A DNA stretch of 64,000 bases from sequence record OQ718158.1. One strand, written 5' to 3'. A program made the position numbers and the translations under genes. Positions 1-9,740 of the stretch are shown here, in pieces (position 1 is the stretch's first letter; each line of letters opens with the position of its first letter). The notes below the pieces were generated by a model. That model did no database searches and had not been told where the DNA came from. It saw nothing but the letters and a program-made list of their open reading frames with translations.

Positions 1-65
1 GAAAGACAGCATAATCGTACTCGTCACTGCGTTTCCACCCTTTTAAATTAAATGAGGAATTAACT

Positions 66-374
66 ATGTTTCAAACTAACACTCAAGGTTTTGTAATCAT
101 CGATTTGAATCAAAACAGCGGTTATTGGATGAAACCTACTGACGCATGTATGCAGTTTGATTTTTTAGGTTACAGGATTAGTGTAAGTACTGGTGCTTCT
201 GTACTGCGTGGTGGTTGTATCGTTGAACATCTGGTAACTGATCCAGAAGGTCGTGAGTATGAAATCGCAGGTTCAGTACAAGATGCCATTATGTTTGTAT
301 GTCAGCGTGAAATGAATAGTTCGAATTCAAATGCACTGACTCATGCTCTTTCTCAAGAAGTGGAGGTTCGTTAA
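66..374 (+). CDS. hypothetical phage protein
   Basis: ORF with GAGGA RBS; stop/start coupled to next gene. Confidence 0.75.
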   Translation: MFQTNTQGFVIIDLNQNSGYWMKPTDACMQFDFLGYRISVSTGASVLRGGCIVEHLVTDPEGREYEIAGSVQDAIMFVCQREMNSSNSNALTHALSQEVEVR

Positions 375-625
375 TGAAATATATCGTAGCAGTACTCGTT
401 GCATTTTTACTCACTGCATGTGACGCTTCAACCAAAGAACGCACAAGTGATTTTATTCTCCCTATTGAATTACAAGAAGCAGGATGTAAGATTTATCGTA
501 TGCAAAAGGATGGTGCTGGCGTAACCTTGTATACAGTTTATTGCCCTAATGCAAATACCAGTACTGGATACAGCAGCGGTAAAACACGAATCAATACTTC
601 AGTGATTAATGGAGTACAACAATGA
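374..625 (+). CDS. putative lipoprotein
   Basis: Signal peptide with lipobox LTAC (MKYIVAVLVAFLLTA/C). Confidence 0.75.
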   Translation: MKYIVAVLVAFLLTACDASTKERTSDFILPIELQEAGCKIYRMQKDGAGVTLYTVYCPNANTSTGYSSGKTRINTSVINGVQQ

Positions 626-990
626 GCCTTGATACAACCCGTGCAACAGATTTATTAACTCGTATGAATAATGAAGAATTTCTTGCTGAAATAAAGTACA
701 AGCTTGAAAAACTGGCACGAAGTGCTGAAGTAATTGAAGTTGAAGGTCACTTACCAATGGACCAATTCCATACGTTCAACGAAGATATGGTTTATTATCC
801 AAATGAAATTTGGATTGAGTGGGAGTCATGGACTAACAAAACTCTACGCATTGAAGGTTATTGTGTGAATTATGAATCTGAACCTGGTGATGTTACAAAA
901 ACTCTCTCCATTTGGTGTACAAAAACACATGAACTCGTTGAGGTGAATTTGAATTATATGAAAGGTTTCCGTTGGGGTGATGTTCAATGA
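622..990 (+). CDS. hypothetical protein
   Basis: ATGA-coupled ORF in operon. Confidence 0.75.
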   Translation: MSLDTTRATDLLTRMNNEEFLAEIKYKLEKLARSAEVIEVEGHLPMDQFHTFNEDMVYYPNEIWIEWESWTNKTLRIEGYCVNYESEPGDVTKTLSIWCTKTHELVEVNLNYMKGFRWGDVQ

Positions 991-1262
991 TTAAAAAACT
1001 ATTGACAGTTGTCTTTGTATTCTGTACAATGTTTCTTACAGCATGTAATGATGACGGCAGGTTTAGTGCAAAAGACTTAGTTCGTCAGGATTGTACATTC
1101 ACAGGTAAGTCTTTTATTAACGAGTATGAAATATGTACACAATCAGGTCGTATCTGTGGTGGTTGGGAAAAACGTCAGGAGCGATTGTATGTATATGAAT
1201 GCCCTGGTCATCTCAACAAAGTACTAAGCACACACAAACTTGTTTATGATAAGGTTGAATAA
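987..1262 (+). CDS. putative lipoprotein, Cys-rich
   Basis: Lipobox FLTAC after hydrophobic stretch. Confidence 0.7.
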   Translation: MIKKLLTVVFVFCTMFLTACNDDGRFSAKDLVRQDCTFTGKSFINEYEICTQSGRICGGWEKRQERLYVYECPGHLNKVLSTHKLVYDKVE

Positions 1263-1477
1263 TGACTACCAATGAAATGATGCAGGTTATTTGGGATAAA
1301 GGTTGCGATCTTAAAATCACCAGTACTGATGTTCGTGTATTCAAAACTGAATATATGGAGTACTTGGACCTTGATACTTATAATAATATTGTATCAATTG
1401 AACACAAAGGTGCAGTACTGGAAACAATTGACGTAGTACTGAAGAAAGCTACCGACCTATTAGGAGCGGCAGTGTGA
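1262..1477 (+). CDS. hypothetical protein
   Basis: Coupled ORF. Confidence 0.7.
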   Translation: MTTNEMMQVIWDKGCDLKITSTDVRVFKTEYMEYLDLDTYNNIVSIEHKGAVLETIDVVLKKATDLLGAAV

Positions 1478-1620
1478 ATAACAAAGAGTGGGAAGAGTAC
1501 CGTAAGAAGTGCAGGGAGTTTGATAAAGAACTAACTGGTACAGTGAATGCAGTAATGTGGGTATCTGTAATTATTGCAGTTCTTGCGTTGGGTGCTATTA
1601 TTATTAATAAATTATTCTAA
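1474..1620 (+). CDS. small membrane protein (48 aa, not in track)
   Basis: GTG start overlapping upstream stop; MNNKEWEEYRKK...VMWVSVIIAVLALGAIIINKLF. Confidence 0.6.
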   Translation: MNNKEWEEYRKKCREFDKELTGTVNAVMWVSVIIAVLALGAIIINKLF

Positions 1621-1630
1621 GGCGAATATC

Positions 1631-1831
1631 ATGTTTACTTTATATCTCGCAGTAGTTCTCACCAATGGTGAAATCACTCGTACTATTGGTGAAGGTGTAT
1701 ATAAAACACCAGACCAGTGCTACTCTGCTACTCATTGGCCTCGCGATAGTGGGGATGAAACTCGCACTGAATTCAAATGCATGAAAGTAAAAGGTGATTT
1801 TGTTAACCTTAAGGTTATCGAGGCGAAATAA
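1631..1831 (+). CDS. small hypothetical protein
   Basis: Start moved from 1574 to ATG 1631 (MFTLYLAVV). Confidence 0.65.
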   Translation: MFTLYLAVVLTNGEITRTIGEGVYKTPDQCYSATHWPRDSGDETRTEFKCMKVKGDFVNLKVIEAK

Positions 1832-2346
1832 TGGATATTAATGAGTTGTTGATCTTATTGTTTAATCGTGGAAATGATGTAAGACGTTCTGAATATCAAG
1901 ACAAAATTCACATTGAAACTGATAAATGTTATGGTAAAACAACTCATGAGATTTTGAAGCCAAATGGCAAACGATATGCCGATGTATGTTTTCATGAACG
2001 AAGTGATGGTAGTGAAATAATCAGTACTGAAATTGTGTTTTATGATAGATCCTCGGAAGGTTCGTATGAAATAGAACTTATATATTGTCCTGGTTCAGAA
2101 ACACACAATAAACGTCAGATATTATATGATGTTTATTCACCTCCAGGTGTAGCTGAATATTTTGTTATTGATTACAGTACTGAAGAAAGTGTGTTTCAAC
2201 AGAGCTTGATTCATAACTTCCAGTTGAATGATCCAAATGTACCAAAGTTGTTCAAACTACTCGATACTATCGATGTTGATTTTGAATTTGTTATGTGCAT
2301 TAGAACTTCCTTGATCGATGAATTTATGGAACTACTTAATATATGA
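1831..2346 (+). CDS. hypothetical protein, EE-x-FQ-x-S paralog family
   Basis: Motif TEESVFQQSLIH shared with 7743, 24408, 43787. Confidence 0.75.
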   Translation: MDINELLILLFNRGNDVRRSEYQDKIHIETDKCYGKTTHEILKPNGKRYADVCFHERSDGSEIISTEIVFYDRSSEGSYEIELIYCPGSETHNKRQILYDVYSPPGVAEYFVIDYSTEESVFQQSLIHNFQLNDPNVPKLFKLLDTIDVDFEFVMCIRTSLIDEFMELLNI

Positions 2347-2564
2347 ATCGTTACTACATTGTGTATGAGCATGTATCTGAGTTTAATAATGTACGTGGTT
2401 ATAAGAAAGAAGTACAGAAGATTGATGTATTTGTTCGTGCATTAAGTCCAACACATGCACTATTTAAATTGTTTGATGAAGTAACTAAGTACAACACACC
2501 AAAAACACAACGCTATATTGAAACAGTACATAGTGTAATACTCACTGAATATGATGGAGAATGA
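2343..2564 (+). CDS. small hypothetical protein
   Basis: Coupled ORF; loosely similar to the next two genes. Confidence 0.7.
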   Translation: MNRYYIVYEHVSEFNNVRGYKKEVQKIDVFVRALSPTHALFKLFDEVTKYNTPKTQRYIETVHSVILTEYDGE

Positions 2565-2567
2565 CAA

Positions 2568-2786
2568 ATGAATTTATATCTAGTTGAAGGGTCAGTACAA
2601 GTATCCAAGCAAGACGGAGAAGGGTATCGTTTTTCACATGTAGAATATTTTAAGTACGTAGTAAAGGCCGATGGTCAGTACGACGCAGAAATTCAGGTTG
2701 AAGAATCATTCCGTAAGAAGAATGATATTGGTAAATTTGAATACCAAGACTTACAATTCACTGTATGGCCTAGCATTAATGACTAA
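2568..2786 (+). CDS. small hypothetical protein
   Basis: GGAG RBS; V-K-A-x4-DA motif. Confidence 0.7.
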   Translation: MNLYLVEGSVQVSKQDGEGYRFSHVEYFKYVVKADGQYDAEIQVEESFRKKNDIGKFEYQDLQFTVWPSIND

Positions 2787-2991
2787 GATGTGGTGGTGTC
2801 ATGGTGTCTACAATGTCTATGAATATGGTAGATTCAAAATGAGCAGCACCTATGCCAGACGTGTTAATGCGAAAAACCAAGTTGATGCTGCTTGTGAGAT
2901 TGTAGAGTGGTATGCAGAGTTCAATGCAATTGATTTTATGTACGAAATAGTTACAATAAATGTTGTACAAATTGACACGTCTTTGATATAA
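2779..2991 (+). CDS. small hypothetical protein
   Basis: Start moved from 2671 to ATG 2779 (MTKMWW); V-N-A-x4-DA motif. Confidence 0.6.
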   Translation: MTKMWWCHGVYNVYEYGRFKMSSTYARRVNAKNQVDAACEIVEWYAEFNAIDFMYEIVTINVVQIDTSLI

Positions 2992-3025
2992 TAACTGTAT
3001 CAAAACAACCGCAACTGAGGATACT

Positions 3026-3688
3026 ATGTTAGTTAATCTTAATTTCATCACTTCTCCTGATTGGGCATTGCGTGGTGTTTCTTTGAACTTTAAAGAAACT
3101 AATTTCGACTACATTGGTGATTGTACTTTAGTTAATGCTAAATTTGATCCTCATCATCCTTTTTGGGCTGAAATTCATGATCCTAATGTAAACAATAGTA
3201 CATCTGTTATGACTATTGTACAGACGAAACATACAGGTATCCTCGCAGGTTACAGACCAGGACATGCGATTGAACACTTCACTGATTATGATGTAGTAGA
3301 TGAGTATCCAATGATCCATGAAGATGGAAGTTTATACACGTCAGAAGACTTCCGTGCTATCTTTAATAGTACTGATGACATTCTACCAAGTGGTCGTCCA
3401 CGTCCTGAGTCTTATCTTATGCACTCGTCTTATGGTGTAGCAGATACGCTTGAACAGATTTTGACGAAGTACAAGAACCTTATTGAAGGTCCAGAAGAAA
3501 TTGTCATGTGCTATCATCCAGTACTGAAGTCTGACCAACCAGAGAGTGGTGGGTGGCGTTGGCATAAGAATGGTGAGTACATCGGTACTAAGCGTAGTAA
3601 AGAACGCTTTGAGTACTTGTATGATGAGCCAGATGTTGAGGTTGTTTTATGTTATAATTTTCTTAAGGTGAAAAAGAAATGTATCTAG
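3026..3688 (+). CDS. conserved phage protein of unknown function
   Basis: GAGG RBS; C-terminal YGVAD...GGWRWHKxGxYIG motif that I recall from large phages. Confidence 0.8.
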   Translation: MLVNLNFITSPDWALRGVSLNFKETNFDYIGDCTLVNAKFDPHHPFWAEIHDPNVNNSTSVMTIVQTKHTGILAGYRPGHAIEHFTDYDVVDEYPMIHEDGSLYTSEDFRAIFNSTDDILPSGRPRPESYLMHSSYGVADTLEQILTKYKNLIEGPEEIVMCYHPVLKSDQPESGGWRWHKNGEYIGTKRSKERFEYLYDEPDVEVVLCYNFLKVKKKCI

Positions 3689-3921
3689 TATTGAGTTTTG
3701 TAGTTGCATTATTGTTTATGTTCTACCCTACACTAGTAGCAGTAGCCACTAAACGAAAGCTGGTGGATATCACTACTGTATTCTTGCTAAACGTGGCACT
3801 CGTTCTAGTGTCTATTATAATTCCCGTGAGCTTTACGGTTATTGATATGGCATCTGTATTACTATTCGTCTTCAGTTATCTTATGCTTATTGAAGAAAAA
3901 CCTGTTGACAAACGTTTGTAG
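3679..3921 (+). CDS. small membrane protein (Imm/superinfection-immunity-like size and pattern)
   Basis: 2-3 hydrophobic segments; F-Y-P-T-L-V-A...LLN pattern. Confidence 0.55.
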   Translation: MYLVLSFVVALLFMFYPTLVAVATKRKLVDITTVFLLNVALVLVSIIIPVSFTVIDMASVLLFVFSYLMLIEEKPVDKRL

Positions 3922-3932
3922 TACTGTATAAT
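3905..3932 (+). promoter_or_regulatory. sigma70 promoter with AGTACT in spacer
   Basis: TTGACA-16-TATAAT. Confidence 0.75.
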
Positions 3933-3979
3933 GGTTCTTGTAGTCTGAAACTTAACACTTAAACTTGAGGATATAAAAC

Positions 3980-4306
3980 ATGTTATCAGTTCTAATTTCA
4001 ATTCCTGCTCTAATTCTGTTATGGGTTATGGTTTTCGAATTCTTCATTAAAGACGAAACCGAGCGTGATGAGTTTCGTGAGTTGTTTATGTTAGACTCAC
4101 CCATTGTACGAATCTTCTTCGTTGTAGTACTTATTTCAGTACTGTCATGGTTAGTAAATTTTGTATTACCAATTGGACCATTTGTTTCAATTATGAATTT
4201 AGTTGAGAACATTGTTGGTATTGTGTGGTTTACTAATGCATTGTTTGCTGGTAAAGTTTCCATTTGGTTTGATATCTTGAAAGATAAACTAACTAGTAAG
4301 AAGTAA
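3980..4306 (+). CDS. membrane protein
   Basis: Hydrophobic helices; GAGG RBS. Confidence 0.75.
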   Translation: MLSVLISIPALILLWVMVFEFFIKDETERDEFRELFMLDSPIVRIFFVVVLISVLSWLVNFVLPIGPFVSIMNLVENIVGIVWFTNALFAGKVSIWFDILKDKLTSKK

Positions 4307-4384
4307 CGTTCAAAAAGTCTCTAATAGTATTAAATACTTCTGTACAAATAATATGTGCAGAAGTATTGCTCGTTAGAGGTTATA

Positions 4385-4750
4385 ATGAAAAAATATATAA
4401 GAATGATAATGGTGTTTGTAGTATTCATGCTTTATTCAAGGTTCAGTACAGCCGTACCTGCTTACCTTGATTGTATGGGAAACGATGGAACATGGCATGT
4501 ACTTTCTAATGACCCACAAAATGGAAACAATATTGTCGTAGATAATGAGGTTTACCGTTTCAGGGCCGAGAGTTTGATTGGGAATAAAAAGGTATCGACA
4601 TATAAATCAGATGCTGGTATAATAGCAAATGTAATATTGATAGTGGACCCCAAGACAAAGGATGGGGATATTTACATAGTCATTTATCAAGATTCGTCGA
4701 ACAAACGCGATCAGGATATTGATAAATTGAATATTCATTGTGAACTGTAA
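4385..4750 (+). CDS. putative secreted protein
   Basis: Signal peptide from ATG 4385; VDNEVYRF resembles IDGEVYNF of 5141. Confidence 0.7.
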   Translation: MKKYIRMIMVFVVFMLYSRFSTAVPAYLDCMGNDGTWHVLSNDPQNGNNIVVDNEVYRFRAESLIGNKKVSTYKSDAGIIANVILIVDPKTKDGDIYIVIYQDSSNKRDQDIDKLNIHCEL

Positions 4751-4760
4751 GGTATAACAA

Positions 4761-5144
4761 ATGATAAACGATGTAATGCTTTATGTATTAATTACTCCGA
4801 TTCTTATTAACTCAGTAATAACTATTTCAATGGCATTATTTGGTATAGTAGCAATTGTTTATGCGGTTAGTACTGGAAAGTATACTTTAATTAGTAAGGT
4901 TGATTCATGGTTCGCATCTGATAGTGTACCATATTCAGCTAGTATGATTACGATTGGTATTCTAATCGTTGCATTTACACTGCACTGTATTGGTTTTATT
5001 AATACAAGTATTTTTTCAGTTTTTATTGGTCTATCATTATATCCATCACTTTGGTACTTGATTTATGTAATCGATGTTTGGTATAATAACTACAAGCAGT
5101 ACAAAGTGAAGAAATCCATTTTATCCAAAGGAAACAAATCATGA
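4761..5144 (+). CDS. membrane protein
   Basis: Three hydrophobic segments, basic C-tail. Confidence 0.75.
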   Translation: MINDVMLYVLITPILINSVITISMALFGIVAIVYAVSTGKYTLISKVDSWFASDSVPYSASMITIGILIVAFTLHCIGFINTSIFSVFIGLSLYPSLWYLIYVIDVWYNNYKQYKVKKSILSKGNKS

Positions 5145-5491
5145 AAGTAATTTTGTTTTTTGTTTGTATGATTATATGTGGTATGTCTTATGCAGAACCA
5201 TTACCTGGACTAGTCTGTACTGAAGGTGATATTAAACACATTTACCAAGGTGATAGCGATGACCATACTATCGTTTATATCGATGGTGAAGTGTATAATT
5301 TTGTTAAAGAACATACTGTAGGTGACATTAGTTTTACGCAGTACTCGAATGATACTGATCCCAATATGCTTGCATTTCTTCAAGTTGATGTATATGAAGA
5401 AAGTAATGGTGAACAGTATGTTAAACTTGTGATGATGCGTAAGGCAGCAAAACAGGCAACATTCGGTGGCTTGTGTAAATATGAGGACTAA
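5141..5491 (+). CDS. putative secreted protein
   Basis: Signal peptide ending SYA/EP. Confidence 0.75.
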   Translation: MKVILFFVCMIICGMSYAEPLPGLVCTEGDIKHIYQGDSDDHTIVYIDGEVYNFVKEHTVGDISFTQYSNDTDPNMLAFLQVDVYEESNGEQYVKLVMMRKAAKQATFGGLCKYED

Positions 5492-5495
5492 ACAT

Positions 5496-5687
5496 ATGTT
5501 GATTTATCAATGTGATAACATTCGTGTTATGCAGCATCCCTACTTACAAATCTTTGATGTGCAGCAGTATATGGAAGGTGATGACCCAAGAACCTATGGT
5601 CGTAAGTATGATTACTTCACTGTAAAGCAGTGTCATAACATCAAAGAAGTACGACAATTAGTTCAAGAACTTCAAAATAAAGGTTGA
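5496..5687 (+). CDS. small hypothetical protein
   Basis: ATG 5496 after GAGG; stop TGA lies inside the TTGACT -35 box. Confidence 0.6.
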   Translation: MLIYQCDNIRVMQHPYLQIFDVQQYMEGDDPRTYGRKYDYFTVKQCHNIKEVRQLVQELQNKG

Positions 5688-5713
5688 CTTCGGTCAACCT
5701 TTTTTGTTATAAT
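5681..5713 (+). terminator. fused terminator/promoter cassette
   Basis: AGGTTGAC-TTCG-GTCAACCT-T-tract; TTGACT-18-TGnTATAAT. Confidence 0.85.
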
Positions 5714-5742
5714 TACTTCATCAACTACTGGGGATTTTAATT

Positions 5743-6183
5743 ATGTACGTATATCGTTTTGAACTTAAATTCAGTTATATTGAACCTAACTTAGATCCAG
5801 CAAAAACAGTAGGGCCGTTCGCACGGTACTCTTCACGATACAGTACTAAAAATGGATTTGACCGTTTGTGCATGACCACGCCTTCGCAATTCCAACCAGA
5901 ACCAACTGAAGATGGAATCTATTCAATCAAACGTGGCTGGGCATTTGGCTGTCAGAGTTTGAATGATTTGTTTAAGTTCTTTACTATGGACTTGGGTAAA
6001 TTACATCGTGCAGGGTTTGCTGTATCAGTATATGAAGTTCCTGATAATCATGTTGACATTGGTCGTAGTCAGGTTCAGTACTATTGTGGTAGTGCCAATC
6101 TGGTTCGTATTATGTCAGTGAGAGAAGCAAAGGATGAGTACCGCCAAAGTAAAAGAGTAATACATGAGGCTGTATATGGATAA
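5743..6183 (+). CDS. conserved phage hypothetical protein
   Basis: ORF after cassette promoter; VYR...GP...P-x-P-x-ED...FG pattern. Confidence 0.75.
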   Translation: MYVYRFELKFSYIEPNLDPAKTVGPFARYSSRYSTKNGFDRLCMTTPSQFQPEPTEDGIYSIKRGWAFGCQSLNDLFKFFTMDLGKLHRAGFAVSVYEVPDNHVDIGRSQVQYYCGSANLVRIMSVREAKDEYRQSKRVIHEAVYG

Positions 6184-6520
6184 GACTCAAATAGAATTAA
6201 AAAAATTTGTATCGTTTTATCTACCCAATGACCCACGTTGTACACAATATGATGTTGCATATTACAATGCATTGACTACACAGTTAATGAAGAAATTCAA
6301 ACAGTGTTTGACTGTATTCAATGATGATGGTAGACGTAGATATAGAATCATTCCAATGAATGATGAAAACGATAACTACTTTGACTTTGATGTTGTTTTT
6401 CGAGCATATAATGATGATAGAATAAAATTAAATTATGAGCAAATAATGCTTGACCTCAGTGTTATCTGTGTTATAATTACTCACATAGCCGAACTTGATG
6501 GTTTAAAAGAATGGTATTAA
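6176..6520 (+). CDS. hypothetical protein
   Basis: ATG 6176 after GAGG. Confidence 0.7.
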   Translation: MDKTQIELKKFVSFYLPNDPRCTQYDVAYYNALTTQLMKKFKQCLTVFNDDGRRRYRIIPMNDENDNYFDFDVVFRAYNDDRIKLNYEQIMLDLSVICVIITHIAELDGLKEWY

Positions 6521-6534
6521 CTTAGAGGATAATC

Positions 6535-6801
6535 ATGAAGCTTAAATTACAATACAATGGTTTTACTTTGCGTAACGACACTGAGTTTGTCAATCGTTCA
6601 CCAGGTGCTGAGTTGTTTTTGCGAGAGATGAACATTCCTTTCGTCATCACTACTGTTGGTGACCGTGAAGTGCTACAATACGCAGAGCATCCAGTTATTG
6701 ATGTTCCGTGGTATTCTGAGCATATGTATATGGATATGGCCCGTCGCTACGACTGTAAGTTCGTAGTTGAAGGTGATAAAATTACAGTCCAATTCAAATA
6801 A
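6535..6801 (+). CDS. hypothetical protein
   Basis: GAGG RBS. Confidence 0.75.
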   Translation: MKLKLQYNGFTLRNDTEFVNRSPGAELFLREMNIPFVITTVGDREVLQYAEHPVIDVPWYSEHMYMDMARRYDCKFVVEGDKITVQFK

Positions 6802-6812
6802 GGTAACTTAAA

Positions 6813-7106
6813 ATGATCAGTACTTCAGTAAATGCAAGCATCGTGGCAGACGTAGAAATGGTTAAAGAATGTACAGACGAAACCCTTCGCAACATGTACA
6901 TCAATGATTTGATTTCAGAGTACGGAAGTCGTGGTGTTCATGAGTTTGTTCGCCTAAGCGGTGAATTGATGAAGAATCGCATTCGTATGAAGCTTAATGT
7001 GCATCCAAAAGCATGGGCGTTTACAATGAAGTACGCTGAAGATATTGTTGAGTTGCGTCGCAATGATGTGTATAATCGTTTACACAATGGTACATTAAAG
7101 GACTAA
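6813..7106 (+). CDS. hypothetical protein
   Basis: AAGG RBS; followed by hairpin AGGAATCC/GGATTCCT. Confidence 0.75.
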   Translation: MISTSVNASIVADVEMVKECTDETLRNMYINDLISEYGSRGVHEFVRLSGELMKNRIRMKLNVHPKAWAFTMKYAEDIVELRRNDVYNRLHNGTLKD

Positions 7107-7156
7107 ATTATAGGAATCCGTAAAAGGATTCCTGTTCTTGTTTATAAGGTAATAAA

Positions 7157-7381
7157 ATGAAATATCTAGTACTAGTACTGCTATTCTTGAGTACTGTTGT
7201 ATGTGCTAAACCAAAGTATCATGTAGTGTGTATCAACGAGATGGAAGGATATACTGAAACATATAAGAACCATATTGTTGAAGTTGCAGCCCAAGGTTCC
7301 TATGGGACCATCATCTTCCTTAAGAACAATGTGATTGTTCAGTACAAAAAAGATTCAAATTGTAAAGTGACTAAAAAATGA
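7157..7381 (+). CDS. small secreted protein
   Basis: Signal peptide MKYLVLVLLFLSTVVCA. Confidence 0.7.
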   Translation: MKYLVLVLLFLSTVVCAKPKYHVVCINEMEGYTETYKNHIVEVAAQGSYGTIIFLKNNVIVQYKKDSNCKVTKK

Positions 7382-7451
7382 TCTAGATCAATTTTTCAGA
7401 TATTCTCTGTAAATAATAGCAGTACAGAACATTATTTTACGGAGGTGTAAT

Positions 7452-7688
7452 ATGGAAACTATAATCATCATATGTGCGTTGTTTGCATTTTTGGTAATGT
7501 GGTCACCAACATTCATTGCATATAAAATGAAAAATAAAAATGCAGAAGCAATTATGTACGTAAACTTATGTTGCATACTAACTTATGGAATACTTTTATT
7601 CTTTACTGAATTTACATTAATCCCAGTAGTAGTTTGTTCATCAATGTTTATTTGGTTGTTTCTGCTTTATGAATCTATTAAAAAATAA
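7452..7688 (+). CDS. small membrane protein (Imm-like pattern)
   Basis: GGAGG RBS; W-S-P-T-F-I-A...YVN pattern like 3679 and 9477. Confidence 0.65.
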   Translation: METIIIICALFAFLVMWSPTFIAYKMKNKNAEAIMYVNLCCILTYGILLFFTEFTLIPVVVCSSMFIWLFLLYESIKK

Positions 7689-7742
7689 AAGATATAGGGT
7701 TGGTAATATGCCATCCCTTTTACTTTATGTGGGGTTTAATTA

Positions 7743-8315
7743 ATGAATAGAAAAGGTAAGTTCAAAGTATCAAAGAAGAACAAAAGTTCTAGATTTAGAC
7801 CTATAACTTTAACTTTTAAGGCTAAAGAAGAATTAACTGCACTTAGTAAAAAGATAATTTCATCTAAGATTAAAGTATCATACGTAAATTCGGTAAAATT
7901 TCAGAAGGTTAAACCACAAGACAAACTCATTTCACTTATATTTAAACGTAATGATTTTGAGATATTAGTAGATGATTATAGAGCCTATAATGCTGGATTC
8001 ATTCATGTCACTTGTAATACCGAACTAACTGAGTTGGAACATTTGACATGTATCATAAGTGTAGATAACGGTGTGGTGAAGTACAATTTTTTACATTTTA
8101 CCAATATCAATAATGGAATGGGTGTACAATCCAGACCTATAGTACCTACATGTGATGTGACTAATTTAGCAAAGCTCAATGAAGAAGAATATTTTCAAGA
8201 AAGCATTGTAACTGAGCATTTAGATGCTATAATAGCAACTTACAAAGAATGCATATGGGTTTTGAATGCGATAAAGCCCAAATTGTGTTTAATGAATGTC
8301 GTTCGTGATTTATAA
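7743..8315 (+). CDS. basic N-tail protein, EE-x-FQ-x-S family
   Basis: Lys/Arg-rich N-terminus; LNEEEYFQESIV. Confidence 0.75.
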   Translation: MNRKGKFKVSKKNKSSRFRPITLTFKAKEELTALSKKIISSKIKVSYVNSVKFQKVKPQDKLISLIFKRNDFEILVDDYRAYNAGFIHVTCNTELTELEHLTCIISVDNGVVKYNFLHFTNINNGMGVQSRPIVPTCDVTNLAKLNEEEYFQESIVTEHLDAIIATYKECIWVLNAIKPKLCLMNVVRDL

Positions 8316-8328
8316 CTGGAGATGTAGT

Positions 8329-8772
8329 ATGGGTTGGATTAACGTTAATAGCATTGAACTAAATGAGCAAGACATATTTGCCTTTGTTAATTTGGTAGAG
8401 AACATTGCTATTAAAGGTCGTCTGTTTAGTTCATCGGACGGTAAAAAATGGATCTCTCTTATGAACGACAATGGCGAGATTTATGACGTTATGCAACTAC
8501 CTCATTGGGCTTATAAGAATACATCTGATGATGTGATGGCTGCTGTTATGCGTGAGTTTGAGAAGCTGCCAGGTGGTGATATTAAGAACATCGTATTCAA
8601 TGCAGAACGCATGAACTACACACCAGAGCAGCTTCAACAGTTGGCAATTGCTGCCTATCAAGCTGCCATTAAGAAACCTGAATGTGTGATATTAAAGTAC
8701 ACACCGAACTTGAAGTTAACACTAGAAGATATGGATTCCTTTATCTTCAGTTCAGAACTTAAACAGTACTGA
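8329..8772 (+). CDS. hypothetical protein
   Basis: ATG 8329 after GGAG. Confidence 0.75.
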   Translation: MGWINVNSIELNEQDIFAFVNLVENIAIKGRLFSSSDGKKWISLMNDNGEIYDVMQLPHWAYKNTSDDVMAAVMREFEKLPGGDIKNIVFNAERMNYTPEQLQQLAIAAYQAAIKKPECVILKYTPNLKLTLEDMDSFIFSSELKQY

Positions 8773-8843
8773 TTTGACTTTGGAACAACCATTTCATATG
8801 TGATATAATCTTAAGTGTCTGTTGAAATAAACAGCACATGAAG

Positions 8844-8851
8844 TATAAATA
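8844..8851 (+). promoter_or_regulatory. T4-type late promoter
   Basis: Exact TATAAATA 33 nt upstream of ATG 8884. Confidence 0.6.
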
Positions 8852-8883
8852 TTAAAGTAATTTATCTCTTTAAGGAGTATGAA

Positions 8884-9267
8884 ATGGTTGATAAATGGAA
8901 TAAGAAAGATCCATCGCATGATGTGGATATTTCTGGAATTGATAATGCACATAAGCATAAGTATCTTGATTCACTAGGTCTACTAAAGCCTGACCAAAGT
9001 CTTGCACATGATCGTCCTTCACGCGAAAAAGCTTTCAGTTTAGAATCACTAGGCCATGAATTGAATCGTGTATTTGAAGATCATCCAATTTATGTACGTG
9101 ATATCATTGAGAAACTTAAAGTGACTCCTAAAGAGCACTTCAAGGCAACAGTACACGCAGCATTCCGTGCACTACATGAAGCACTAAAGAAAACTCATAA
9201 CCTTCGTAAGATTCATGATGATATCGTGAACTCTATTGAAGGCGAAAAACATAAGTTTAAAAAATAA
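8884..9267 (+). CDS. His/Lys-rich hypothetical protein, probably late
   Basis: AAGGAG RBS; TATAAATA upstream. Confidence 0.8.
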   Translation: MVDKWNKKDPSHDVDISGIDNAHKHKYLDSLGLLKPDQSLAHDRPSREKAFSLESLGHELNRVFEDHPIYVRDIIEKLKVTPKEHFKATVHAAFRALHEALKKTHNLRKIHDDIVNSIEGEKHKFKK

Positions 9268-9272
9268 TTAAA

Positions 9273-9307
9273 AGGGGTTGACTTCAGTCAGCCCTTTGTC
9301 GTATAAT
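9273..9307 (+). terminator. fused terminator/promoter cassette
   Basis: GGGTTGAC-TTCA-GTCAGCCC; TTGACT-18-TATAAT. Confidence 0.75.
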
Positions 9308-9354
9308 ATTTTCATCAAGTGATACAAAATACAAACAACGTGAGGTATTAAATT

Positions 9355-9468
9355 ATGCAAGGTACTAAATTCATCATCGCTGCCCTAATCGCTGCTGTTG
9401 TAGTGGGTACAGTATGTTATTCAATTGACACCTATATCAATACACCTAGTGTTGAACAAACCAAATAA
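9355..9468 (+). CDS. 37-aa membrane peptide (not in track)
   Basis: GAGG RBS; MQGTKFIIAALIAAVVVGTVCYS... Confidence 0.6.
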   Translation: MQGTKFIIAALIAAVVVGTVCYSIDTYINTPSVEQTK

Positions 9469-9476
9469 GGGATATC

Positions 9477-9740
9477 ATGGCTGAAACATTATCACTATAT
9501 GCGTTAGTACTGTTATTTGTCGGATTTCTTCCCGCACTCATTACAGCCATTCGTGTTGTTAAACATGAAGCTGCATTGATTGTATGTAGTATTGGGTCGA
9601 ACATTCTATTGTATTTCTTTTTGACAAACACTATTGTACTGTTCGCTTTCTTTATCATGATTCTGTGGGTACTTGTAATTCTCGGATTCTTCATTTGGTC
9701 ATTGGTTGATCCTAAGAAAAAAACAGGAGAAGTGAAATGA
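9477..9740 (+). CDS. small membrane protein (Imm-like pattern)
   Basis: FLPALITA...N pattern with 3 hydrophobic segments. Confidence 0.65.
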   Translation: MAETLSLYALVLLFVGFLPALITAIRVVKHEAALIVCSIGSNILLYFFLTNTIVLFAFFIMILWVLVILGFFIWSLVDPKKKTGEVK

